From Eledone cirrhosa (taxonomy: Eukaryota), in contig OZ024753.1 of assembly GCA_964016885.1 (NCBI GenBank), forward strand, positions 46,996,001-47,060,000: a stretch of 64,000 nt of DNA. The letters are read 5' to 3'. The stretch's first letter is position 1. The number at the start of each line of letters is the position of its first letter. The position numbers and the translations under genes are program-made. This document shows positions 10,530-22,852 of this stretch, in pieces. The notes under the pieces were generated by a model. It was given only the letters and a program-made list of their open reading frames with translations. It did not search any database and had not been told where the DNA came from.

Positions 10530-10671
10530 AGAGTTCTCTATCAAAAGCCTTCTCTATGTCCAAAGCTAAGTATAGTGGCTTATTTTTCTCTAAGAACCTC
10601 TTTTGTAGTTGTCTCACTAAGAAGAGGGCATCTGTTGCACTTTTCAGCGGCACAAAACCAAACTGCATCTC
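10530..10671 (-). mobile_element. Short RTE RT fragment from a different subfamily than the L-unit LINE
   Basis: EMQFGFVPLKSATDALFLVRQLQKRFLEKNKPLYLALDIEKAFDR. Copies near 16443, 32133, 38044, 53750 and 59661; truncated in L units (752-873 and equivalents). Confidence 0.85.
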
Positions 10672-10726
10672 ATACACATACATACATATACATACATACA
10701 TACATACATATACACATACATACATA

Positions 10727-11081
10727 CATCATCATCATCATCATCATCATCATTTCGTTTTAAGTCCGCTTTTTCCCTGCTTGTAAGGGTGGGACGGGAA
10801 CTGATTCTGGCTTGATTTCTACAGCTGGATGCCCTTCCTAACACCAACCTCATTTACAGTGAGTGCTGAGTGCTTTTTTGCCGTGGCACCTCCACGACCA
10901 CTTTGCAGTGGAATGATATGGACCCCAGTCCCTATCATCTCATTTCTACAGCTGAGTAAACTGGAGCAATGTGAAATAAAGTGTCTTGCTCAAGGAAACA
11001 ACACATCACCCGGTCTGAGAATTGAACTCACAACTTTTCGATTGCCAGGCCAATGCTCGAACCACTAAGCCATGTGCCTCC
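10727..11081 (-). mobile_element. tRNA-derived SINE with CORE/V-like central domain, RTE-type 3' tail and (GAT)n
   Basis: Minus strand: A box TGGCTTAGTGG, B box GAGTTCAATTC, central CCTTGAGCAAGACACTTTATTTCACATTGCTCCAG, tail GTTGGTGTTAGGAAGGGCATCCAGCTGTAGAAA shared with the LINE 3' UTR. Confidence 0.88.
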
Positions 11082-11572
11082 ATATACATATACATATACA
11101 TATACATACACATACATATACATACATATATATATACATACATACATATATACACATACATACATACACATACATACACATATACATACATATACATACA
11201 TAGATATATATATATACATAATATAAATATACATACATACACATACATAAGCATATACACATAAGTATATATACATATACACACGTATATATACATATAC
11301 ATACATACATATATACACATACATACATATATACATACATACACACATATATACATATACACATACATACATATACATACATATACACATACATACATAT
11401 ATATATATACATACACACACATATATACATACACACACATATATACAAACACATACATATACACATATATACACATACATACACATACATATACATACAT
11501 ATACACATATACACTCATATATACATATACATACATACACACACATACATACATATATACATATACATACAT
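11082..11572. repeat. Compound (TA/CA/TACA)n microsatellite, about 0.5 kb
   Basis: Seen directly. Copies at 16995-17499, 32685-33175, 38596-39104, 54302-54792 and 60213-60721; the main source of Sa/Sb length differences. Confidence 0.97.
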
Positions 11573-12121
11573 AAAGACAAATCCACCTCATGGACGAGAA
11601 TGCAAGGGCTCCTCCTCTTTGTTTCGGCCGCGGATGGCTAACCCTAACCCCATCCCCGCTCCCCACCGCTCCCAACCTCCAAACGCAATCCAAAACTTCA
11701 GAGTTGGTACCATTAATGTAGGCACCTTATAGGGTGGCTCTAACGAGGTTGTAGAAATGCTTGAACGTAAGGAGGTCGATGTTTGTTGTATTCAAGAGAC
11801 CAGGTGGAGGGGTGGGTCTGCTAGATTCATCGTGGGTAAAGAACGATGCTATAAGCTTTTCTGTGTGGCAAATGACAATGGGCTGGGTATACACATACCA
11901 CCCCACCACCCCACCGCAAAGTGGTCGTGGAGGCGCCGCGGCAAAAAAGCACCCAGCCCACACTGTAAAGCTGACGTGGAGGTGCCACGGAAAAAAAAAA
12001 GCACCCAGCACTCACTGCAAACGGGGTTGGCGTCAGGAAGGGCACCCAGCTGTGGAAACCAATCCAGAATCAGCTCCCACCCCACCCTTGCAAGCATGGA
12101 AAAGCGGACGTATGATGAAGT

Positions 12122-12125
<4 letters not shown>
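11573..12125 (+). mobile_element. Bipartite non-autonomous RTE (5' UTR and APE N-terminus fused to the 3' UTR)
   Basis: From ATG 11634: MANP...[54 protein letters not shown], the APE endonuclease start. At about 11889 it jumps to an RTE 3' UTR ending ggacgtatgatgaagttgat. Confidence 0.85.
11575..11645 (+). ncRNA. Putative decayed HDV-like ribozyme at the RTE 5' end
   Basis: P1 AGACAAA/TTTGTTT, J1/2 hairpin TCCA/TGGA, P2 AGGG/CCCT, L3-like TCCTC, GG, P4 CCG/TGG, J4/2 CTAA. P3 is not intact. Present in all six S units. Confidence 0.42.
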
Positions 12126-12166
<41 letters not shown>

Positions 12167-12908
12167 TATATATATACACATATATATATACACACATATA
12201 TATCAGTGTACATATATATATACATATATATATATATATAAATGAATATTTATTCAATTTAAAGCGCCAATTATCTATATATAACAAGATATGAATTTTT
12301 CTAGGGATGGGGGAAATTTTCAGTTTGTTTTTATATTTTCACTTCATTTTTTACTTTCTATTTAATACAGTCTTTGATCCAATATAATCCTGACAGTATT
12401 TGAACCAGTTTACCTCATATATATGTATGCACACACAACACTCAAGTTTCGCCATCTACTGCTATTTCATTCATATTTATTGTTTAATTAACTCTGGTCT
12501 AATTCATCAACTATTGTTAATTATATTATTACGTAGATTTCTTATAAAATCTAGTGCATATATACGTGTATATATACAGGGAGACACTGTAATAGATGTA
12601 AAGAGAGTGGGAGATAGAGTTATAGAAGTAAAGAGAGGGGGAGAAATAAGCGGTAGATAGAGTAATAGATGTAAAGAGAGGGTTAGAACGTTCAACTTGA
12701 CAGTCAGTACAATGTTCAGCATGGTAGCCAGTACATATGCCAACTACCCAACCGGCCAGCCAGCCGCATATGCGGTTGACTGGCCAGTTGGGCGGTTGGT
12801 ATGTGGAACGTTCAACTACGCAGTCAGTACCAAAGTTCAACATTGTAGCCAGTGCATATGCCGATCGCCGCGCCCTCTTTGCTCTATTTTAATGACCTGG
12901 AACTAAGT

Positions 12909-13021
12909 AAAAAGAGTAGGAGATAACTCGACAAGAGCGGAGAGGTTGAGATTCGAACCATGTAAAGTCGTTGGCTCCTGAAGTTCGTAAGCGGGGCTGC
13001 TACTGACTGAGCAGCGCCGGC
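12909..13021 (-). ncRNA. Pol III-type unit copy
   Basis: GCCGGCGCTGCTCAGTCAGTAGCAGC...GGTTCGAATCT...TTTTT. Confidence 0.5.
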
Positions 13022-14016
13022 AGCAAGTCAAATCGCGCATAAAATATGGCTTATATCGACAAAAAAAAAAAAAAAATTTCAATGTTGCACTCTTGTTTGT
13101 TGTTCTTTTATTTTACGTAAACATTTCGCTGCTCTAGCCTCTTATTTCCTATTAGATTACACTTAATTCCATTAAACATTCAATCTTAGTCTCGTGGTAA
13201 ACTATTTCATCTATATTTATATCGCTGTTACAGCCTTTTATTTCTACATCTATCACCTATAGCCACTGTTACGCCGGTAGTATAAGTAGCTTTATAACAA
13301 GAAACGATGATATAACTCCACAAAATGTCTTCTTGAGCAAGACACTTCACTTCATATTGCTCCAGTACACCGAGTTACACATAGACAGATACATACATAC
13401 ATACACAGATAGAAATGAGAGGTAGATAGAGTAAAAGATTTAAAGAGAGTGTGAGAAGTACGAGTTAGATAATGTAAAAGATTTAAAGAGAGGGTGAGAG
13501 TGTGACACACATTTATCTGTCTATCTCTCTCTATTTTAACACCGGTCGTTATAATTAGTTTTATAACACCGCTATATTACCGACATGAAAGAGGTAAATA
13601 ATTATTTCTTAAATGTTTAGAACATGTTTCTCTTGTCTTCTTAAATGTATAGAACATGTTTCTTATTTATATTCTTAACATAGCTAGGACCTTATCTCAT
13701 TTACTGGTCTCTACTTTTAGGACTTTGCTGGTCCCATGTGCCCTCCATGAAGACACACTCGCCCCTTCTCTCTCAGTCTCCGTACTAATTACTACACATA
13801 CGTATATATATTTATTTTAAGAAACCTTAATGACAAATAATATAAAGTGTTTGTAAAGTGGGGAAGAGTAGTTTTACGGTGGGGTTGTTATATAGATATC
13901 GTTTTTGCAGTGGGGTCGTGACTGGCGTATAATAATGAGTCACTGTTGATGTATATACAAATCATGTTTTGGATATAAGTGAAGTTATTTAAGAGATTTA
14001 GTTGTTTTGTATACAT

Positions 14017-15988
14017 TCATAACGGTACGCGATGGGACCCACCCACAGCCCCGGCGGACAGAATGGAGAAGGCGTTTCCCCGGAGCACGGCAAGGGAGAC
14101 GCGCTGGAAAAGCCACTCCAACTCGCGGGGCTCACACCTGCGGCTGGCCAGCTCAGCGCCTATGGTGGTGAGTAAGGAGGTAGCCCTGGGGCCGAGGACA
14201 CCAGAAGTCTCCACTTCCAGGGGTACGACCGCAAACCTGTCGGAGAGTGAACGATATGTGAGGAGTTTGGCCCCCTCAGCCTGACGTGCAGCAGAACCTG
14301 GGCCAGTCGCAGACTGCACCAGGTTGCGGCTGCAGAAAGTGTCGGTGCAAGTGGCATCCCAGACGAGGGGTTTGCCACCGCGGAACGGGAAGATGGTCAT
14401 GCCATCTAGCCTTTTGCCATCCCCTCGAGCTGGGAAGGGAAGCCTGCAGCGTCCAAGCCATGCTTAATGACTTCGTTGAGGGCAGCATGGCGTGGATTGC
14501 GGGTGGAGGCCGAAAGAGTCCATGGTGGAACGGCAGCGACATTGGTGTGAGGCCGAGCCTCAGGGAAACGCCGATGCGCAAGCTATTGTTGTCTAGCTGC
14601 GTGCGAGTGGAGAAGGAGGGCAGGGCATGGAGCCAGGCCCCACTGTGGGGTTTGGAGGCTGCACGAAAACAAACAAGGCGGTGCTGGTCGAGCTGGCACG
14701 TGAGCCTGTCTGAGGCCAGGCTGCACTGGATGGCATCCCAAGTGTGTTGGGCGGGACTTGACGTCAACAGGGGGAGAAGGAGGAGGAACGTCTACTGGGC
14801 TAAGTCCCAGCCGGTGCCACGTCTCACAGGCGGCCAGGCGTTCTCTGAACACAGAGGGTTCTGTTGTGTTTTGAAGAACCCTGCTGAAGAGGACGTGGTA
14901 CGATGTTACCGACGAAAGATATGCCGGCAAAGCTAGTGAGATCGGGGACTGGAGGCGAAGGCCGCCATACCTGACAGGTAAAGTTGCATATCTCATCGGC
15001 TGCTGCTCGGATACAAGTTTAGGTGTAGCACAGAGTGTATAGAGGAGCTTCGGCATGGCGTAGCAGTTCCTCAGCAGAAAGAGAACTGGGTGGCCATCAA
15101 TCAAGCCCAGTCGGCTCGTGAGAGTCTGGACTTGATGGAGGAGCGGATGGCCGGCGGGTGGATCGGTGAGGGCATCCTCTTTGGGGGGTCACCTGAACCT
15201 GGCGGAGAATGGACCGCACGTCCAAGACGGAGACTGCAAAGCTTGCAGCATCGAGGCTGACATTCACCACCTCCGACTTGGCTGAGTTGACCTGGAGGTC
15301 GATTCCCGCCAGGGCAGGAACCACCGATTGAAGGTCATGGCAGACCGCCTGTACGGGCCCACCCAAAGTAGCATCATCCAGATACCAAACGTTGAGAGGG
15401 GCCGTTATACTCCAGGCGATGTGGTCAATACCAAGGGTGAACAGGAGGGGTCCCAAAGGGTTGCCCTGTTGGATCCCAGTAGCCAAGGGTATGACCGTAT
15501 CAGCAGCATGGCGCATGCTTGGGGCTCCATATGACAGGTAGGCAGAGGGGGCTCGGCTGAGGCAGGCCTCGAGCAGATGATCCCAGCGTAAAGAGTTGAA
15601 GGCATTCCTCATGTCAAACTTGACAATGAGGTGGCTGGAGGCCCTGGATGCCGGTTCCGAGTGTTACGGACTTGCAGATTACCTTGGCAGCCAGCCTCCG
15701 GAAGACATTGCCCACAGCAATGGGGCGTATGCCATCCTCTTTCTTCCTGAGAGCGGTGAGGCTGGCCGAAAAAAAGAGGCCTCGAGCATAAGAGTCCAGG
15801 GCGCCATGGATGAGCCTATTGGTGAGCGCCACAATTGCACTCAGAAGGCGGCGCCCGGCCTCAGCGGAGAGGGGAGATATCAACTCCTTGAGGAGGCCTG
15901 GTCAGAGACCATCAACATCTCCGCAGCTGCTAGCTGGGAAGGACCTGATGGCGGACATGATGTCTGCATCAGAAGCCACAAGGAGCAA
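14017..15988 (-). mobile_element. CRE-clade relic copy
   Basis: Same motifs; 26-bp deletion in the finger and an extra G frameshift after the RT core. Confidence 0.92.
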
Positions 15989-16639
15989 GTGTGGATTACA
16001 ATACAAAACCTCTGAGAATGATTTCTAAGATATTTCACCATAATTAATTTTCATCAATATATATTAATATTATTATTGTTTATTAGGTCAGGTGGATTGG
16101 CCAGAACAATTCTACTCTTCTTTTTTAGATGTCACGATTTTTCATGGCATTCCTGAGATCATTAATCTCCAGCTGGAGATCCAGAGACATCTGATGTATG
16201 TAGGTGAACCTCAGTCATCCCACTTGGCTCTTACTATGTTTAGGTATCCACCACAGGAGCCAGCTCATCAGGTCATCCTACCCTCAGCAGCAATGTCCAG
16301 CATCTATTGATTTCCGCTCCCTAGTTATTGTGGTAATCTTCGATATCTGGGAATATATTTCTTCTGCTTAAGGGAGTAATAAATATATAGTTTAAAAAAA
16401 AACATATATATACACACACATATATATATGTTGTCATTTATAAGAGTTCTCTATCAAAAGCCTTCTCTATGTCCAAAGCTAAGTATAGTGGCTTATTTTT
16501 CTCTAAGAACCTCTTTTGTAGTTGTCTCACTAAGAAGAGGGCATCTGTTGCACTTTTCAGCGGCACAAAACCAAACTGCATCTCATACACATACATACAT
16601 ATACATACATACATACATACATATACACATACATACATA

Positions 16640-16994
16640 CATCATCATCATCATCATCATCATCATTTCGTTTTAAGTCCGCTTTTTCCCTGCTTGTAAG
16701 GGTGGGACGGGAACTGATTCTGGCTTGATTTCTAGAGCTGGATGCCCTTCCTAACACCAACCTCATTTACAGTGAGTGCTGAGTGCTTTTTTGCCGTGGC
16801 ACCTCCACGACCACTTTGCAGTGGAATGATATGGACCCCAGTCCCTATCATCTCATTTCTACAGCTGAGTAAACTGGAGCAACGTGAAATAAAGTGTCTT
16901 GCTCAAGGAAACAACACATCACCCGGTCTGAGAATTGAACTCACAACTTTTCGATTGCCAGGCCAATGCTCGAACCACTAAGCCATGTGCCTCC
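16640..16994 (-). mobile_element. SINE copy
   Basis: Same sequence as 10727-11081. Confidence 0.88.
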
Positions 16995-17499
16995 ATATAC
17001 ATATACATATACATACACATACATATACATACATATATATATACATACATACATATATACACATACATACATACACATACATACACATATACATACATAT
17101 ACATACATAGATATATATATATACATAATATAAATATACATACATACACATACATAAGCATATACACATAAGTATATATACATATACACACGTATATATA
17201 CATATACATACATACATATATACACATACATACATATATACATACATACATACATATATACATACATACACACATATATACATATACACATACATACATA
17301 TACATACATATACACATACATACATATATATATATACATACACACACATATATACATACACACACATATATACAAACACATACATGTACACATATATACA
17401 CATACATACACATACATATACATACATATACACATATACACTCATATATACATATACATACATACACACACATACATACATATATACATATACATACAT

Positions 17500-18048
17500 A
17501 AAGACAAATCCACCTCATGGACGAGAATGCAAGGGCTCCTCCTCTTTGTTTCGGCCGCGGATGGCTAACCCTAACCCCATCCCCGCTCCCCACCGCTCCC
17601 AACCTCCAAACGCAATCCAAAACTTCAGAGTTGGTACCATTAATGTAGGCACCTTATAGGGTGGCTCTAACGAGGTTGTAGGAATGCTTGAACGTAAGGA
17701 GGTCGATGTTTGTTGTATTCAAGAGACCAGGTGGAGGGGTGGGTCTGCTAGATTCATCGTGGGTAAAGAACGATGCTATAAGCTTTTCTGTGTGGCAAAT
17801 GACAATGGGCTGGGTATACACATACCACCCCACCATCCCACCGCAAAGTGGTCGTGGAGGCGCCGCGGCAAAAAAGCACCCAGCCCACACTGTAAAGCTG
17901 ACGTGGAGGTGCCACAGAAAAAAAAAAGCACCCAGCACTCACTGCAAACGGGGTTGGCGTCAGGAAGGGCACCCAGCTGTGGAAACCAATCCAGAATCAG
18001 CTCCCACCCCACCCTTGCAAGCATGGAAAAGCGGACGTATGATGAAGT

Positions 18049-18052
<4 letters not shown>
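17500..18052 (+). mobile_element. Bipartite RTE copy
   Basis: Same sequence. Confidence 0.85.
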
Positions 18053-18091
<39 letters not shown>

Positions 18092-18833
18092 TATATATAT
18101 ACACATATATATATACACACATATATATCAGTGTACATATATATATACATATATATATATATATAAATGAATATTTATTCAATTTAAAGCGCCAATTATC
18201 TATATATAACAAGATATGAATTTTTCTAGGGATGGGGGAAATTTTCAGTTTGTTTTTATATTTTCACTTCATTTTTTACTTTCTATTTAATACAGTCTTT
18301 GATCCAATATAATCCTGACAGTATTTGAACCAGTTTACCTCATATATATGTATGCACACACAACACTCAAGTTTCGCCATCTACTGCTATTTCATTCATA
18401 TTTATTGTTTAATTAACTCTGGTCTAATTCATCAACTATTGTTAATTATATTATTACGTAGATTTCTTATAAAATCTAGTGCATATATACGTGTATATAT
18501 ACAGGGAGACACTGTAATAGATGTAAAGAGAGTGGGAGATAGAGTTATAGAAGTAAAGAGAGGGGGAGAAATAAGCGGTAGATAGAGTAATAGATGTAAA
18601 GAGAGGGTTAGAACGTTCAACTTGACAGTCAGTACAATGTTCAGCATGGTAGCCAGTACATATGCCAACTACCCAACCGGCCAGCCAGCCGCATATGCGG
18701 TTGACTGGCCAGTTGGGCGGTTGGTATGTGGAACGTTCAACTACACAGTCAGTACCAAAGTTCAACATTGTAGCCAGTGCATATGCCGATCGCCGCGCCC
18801 TCTTTGCTCTATTTTAATGACCTGGAACTAAGT

Positions 18834-18946
18834 AAAAAGAGTAGGAGATAACTCGACAAGAGCGGAGAGGGTGAGATTCGAACCATGTAAAGTCGTTGGC
18901 TCCTGAAGTTCGTAAGCGGGGCTGCTACTGACTGAGCAGCGCCGGC
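18834..18946 (-). ncRNA. Pol III-type unit copy
   Basis: Same sequence. Confidence 0.5.
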
Positions 18947-19941
18947 AGCAAGGCAAATCGCGCATAAAATAACGCTTATATCGACAAAAAAAAAAAAAAA
19001 ATTTCAATGTTGCACTCTTGTTTGTTGTTCTTTTATTTTACGTAAACATTTCGCTGCTCTAGCCTCTTATTTCCTATTAGATTACACTTAATTCCATTAA
19101 ACATTCATTCTTAGTCTCGTGGTAAACTATTTCATCTATATTTATATCGCTGTTACAGCCTTTTATTTCTACATCTATCACCTATAGCCACTGTTACGCC
19201 GGTAGTATAAGTAGCTTTATAACAAGAAACGATGATATAACTCCACAAAATGTCTTCTTGAGCAAGACACTTCACTTCATATTGCTCCAGTACACCGAGT
19301 TACACATAGACAGATACATACATACATACACAGATAGAAATGAGAGGTAGATAGAGTAAAAGATTTAAAGAGAGTGTGAGAAGTACGAGTTAGATAGTGT
19401 AAAAGATTTAAAGAGAGGGTGAGAGTGTGACACACATTTATCTGTCTATCTCTCTCTATTTTAACACCGGTCGTTATAATTAGTTTTATAACACCGCTAT
19501 ATTACCGACATGAAAGAGGTAAATAATTATTTCTTAAATGTTTAGAACATGTTTCTCTTGTCTTCTTAAATGTATAGAACATGTTTCTTATTTATATTCT
19601 TAACATAGCTAGGACCTTATCTCATTTACTGGTCTCTACTTTTAGGGCTTTGCTGGTCCCATGTGCCCTCCATGAAGACACACTCGCCCCTTCTCTCTCA
19701 GTCTCCGTACTAATTACTACACATACGTATATATATTTATTTTAAGAAACCTTAATGACAAATAATATAAAGTGTTTGTAAAGTGGGGAAGAGTAGTTTT
19801 ACGGTGGGGTTGTTATATAGATATCGTTTTTGCAGTGGGGTCGTGACTGGCGTATAATAATGAGTCACTGTTGATGTATATACAAATCATGTTTTGGATA
19901 TAAGTGAAGTTATTTAAGAGATTTAGTTGTTTTGTATACAT

Positions 19942-21913
19942 TCATAACGGTACGCGATGGGACCCACCCACAGCCCCGGCGGACAGAATGGAGAAGGCGT
20001 TTCCCCGGAGCACGGCAAGGGAGACGCGCTGGAAAAGCCACTCCAACTCGCGGGGCTCACACCTGCGGCTGGCCAGCTCAGCGCCTATGGTGGTGAGTAA
20101 GGAGGTAGCCCTGGGGCCGAGGACACCAGAAGTCTCCACTTCCAGGGGTACGACCGCAAACCTGTCGGAGAGTGAACGATATGTGAGGAGTTTGGCCCCC
20201 TCAGCCTGACGTGCAGCAGAACCTGGGCCAGTCGCAGACTGCACCAGGTTGCGGCTGCAGAAAGTGTCGGTGCAAGTGGCATCCCAGACGAGGGATTTGC
20301 CACCGCGGAACGGGAAGATGGTCATGCCATCTAGCCTTTTGCCGTCCCCTCGAGCTGGGAAGGGAAGCCTGCAGCGTCCAAGCCATGCTTAATGACTTCG
20401 TTGAGGGCAGCATGGCGTGGATTGCGGGTGGAGGCCGAAAGAGTCCATGGTGGAACGGCAGCGACATTGGTGTGAGGCCGAGCCTCAGGGAAACGCCGAT
20501 GCGCAAGCTATTGTTGTCTAGCTGCGTGCGAGTGGAGAAGGAGGGCAGGGCATGGAGCCAGGCCCCACTGTGGGGTTTGGAGGCTGCACGAAAACAAACA
20601 AGGCGGTGCTGGTCGAGCTGGCACGTGAGCCTGTCTGAGGCCAGGCTGCACTGGATGGCATCCCAAGTGTGTTGGGGGGGACTTGACGTCAACAGGGGGA
20701 GAAGGAGGAGGAACGTCTACTGGGCTAAGTCCCAGCCGGTGCCACGTCTCACAGGCGGCCAGGCGTTCTCTGAACACAGAGGGTTCTGTTGTGTTTTGAA
20801 GAACCCTGCTGAAGAGGACGTGGTACGAGGTTACCGACGAAAGATATGCCGGCAAAGCTAGTGAGATCGGGGACTGGAGGCGAAGGCCGCCATACCTGAC
20901 AGGTAAAGTTGCATATCTCATCGGCTGCTGCTCGGATACAAGTTTAGGTGTAGCACAGAGTGTATAGAGGAGCTTCGGCATGGCGTAGCAGTTCCTCAGC
21001 AGAAAGAGAACTGGGTGGCCATCAATCAAGCCCAGTCGGCTCGTGAGAGTCTGGACTTGATGGAGGAGCGGATGGCCGGCGGGTGGATCGGTGAGGGCAT
21101 CCTCTTTGGGGGGTCACCTGAACCTGGCGGAGAATGGACCGCACGTCCAAGACGGAGACTGCAAAGCTTGCAGCATCGAGGCTGACATTCACCACCTCCG
21201 ACTTGGCTGAGTTGACCTGGAGGTCGATTCCCGCCAGGGCAGGAACCACCGATTGAAGGTCATGGCAGACCGCCTGTACGGGCCCACCCAAAGTAGCATC
21301 ATCCAGATACCAAACGTTGAGAGGGGCCGTTATACTCCAGGCGATGTGGTCAATACCAAGGGTGAACAGGAGGGGTCCCAAAGGGTTGCCCTGTTGGATC
21401 CCAGTAGCCAAGGGTATGACCGTATCAGCAGCATGGCGCATGCTTGGGGCTCCATATGACAGGTAGGCAGAGGGGGCTCGGCTGAGGCAGGCCTCGAGCA
21501 GATGATCCCAGCGTAAAGAGTTGAAGGCATTCCTCATGTCAAACTTGACAATGAGGTGGCTGGAGGCCCTGGATGCCGGTTCCGAGTGTTACGGACTTGC
21601 AGATTACCTTGGCAGCCAGCCTCCGGAAGACATTGCCCACAGCAATGGGGCGTATGCCATCCTCTTTCTTCCTGAGAGCGGTGAGGCTGGCCGAAAAAAA
21701 GAGGCCTCGAGCATAAGAGTCCAGGGCGCCATGGATGAGCCTATTGGTGAGCGCCACAATTGCACTCAGAAGGCGGCGCCCGGCCTCAGCGGAGAGGGGA
21801 GATATCAACTCCTTGAGGAGGCCTGGTCAGAGACCATCAACATCTCCGCAGCTGCTAGCTGGGAAGGACCTGATGGCGGACATGATGTCTGCATCAGAAG
21901 CCACAAGGAGCAA
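19942..21913 (-). mobile_element. CRE-clade relic copy
   Basis: Same motifs and lesions as 14017-15988. Confidence 0.92.
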
Positions 21914-22852
21914 GTGTGGATTACAATACAAAACCTCTGAGAATGATTTCTAAGATATTTCACCATAATTAATTTTCATCAATATATATTAATATTATTA
22001 TTGTTTATTAGGTCAGGTGGATTGGCCAGAACAATTCTACTCTTCTTTTTTAGATGTCACGATTTTTCATGGCATTCCTGAGATCATTAATCTCCAGCTG
22101 GAGATCCAGAGACATCTGATGTATGTAGGTGAACCTCAGTCATCCCACTAGGGTCTTACTATGTTTAGGTATCCACCACAGGAGCCAGCTCATCAGGTCA
22201 TCCTACCCTCAGCAGCAATGTCCAGCATCTATTGATTTCCGCTCCCTAGTTATTGTGGTAATCTTCGATATCTGGGAATATATTTCTTCTGCTTAAGGGA
22301 GTAATAAATATATAGTTTTAAAAAAAACATATATATACACACACATATATATATGTTGTCATTTATAAGAGTTCTCTATCAAAAGCCTTCTCTATGTCCA
22401 AAGCTAAGTATAGTGGCTTATTTTTCTCTAAGAACCTCTTTTGTAGTTGTCTCACTAAGAAGAGGGCATCTGTTGCACTTTTCAGCGGCTTAATTAATTA
22501 ATGAGGTTTAATTAATGAGGAATTTTGAGGTATTTATAACAATTATTAATTATTTCATTACTGAGATATCATTTGAAGGACTTACTAATGTTTTTATTTA
22601 TTAATTATTTTATTAGTAACTTAACATGTGGTTCTTGTATAAAATTATGTTGGAAGATTTTAGGAAGATGCTATGTAGCCGGTCGCGGTAAAATAGACGC
22701 CCAGGCTATGTAGCCGGTAAGAGTGTCAGACTCCATGTGTTGCGGCCCTTTATGGTCTGAGTTAAGACAATTTAAAATCTTTTCCACCATCAATTGTTAA
22801 AAAACAAGTTAAAATCATTTTGTCTTCCATTTGTAACGTACGTTACACTTTA

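Larger units (their letters stand above)
10077..15989. repeat. Short unit S1a (5913 bp)
   Basis: Anchor spacing; Sa-diagnostic alleles agaggttgag, caagtcaaat, gggcgggact. Confidence 0.93.
15990..21914. repeat. Short unit S1b (5925 bp)
   Basis: Anchor spacing; Sb-diagnostic alleles tctagagctgg, caccatcccacc. Confidence 0.93.

Noticed and set aside
10727-10753. Poly-His or poly-Asp peptide
   Set aside because: It is the (GAT)n tail of the SINE.
11638-11650. Telomere-like ctaaccctaaccc
   Set aside because: Only about two units, within RTE sequence.
11006-11693. Long Tyr/Val/Cys/Met ORFs
   Set aside because: Translations of the (TA/CA)n microsatellite.
14286-14936. 216-aa and other + strand ORFs over the CRE
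   Set aside because: Antisense shadow ORFs of a GC-rich element.
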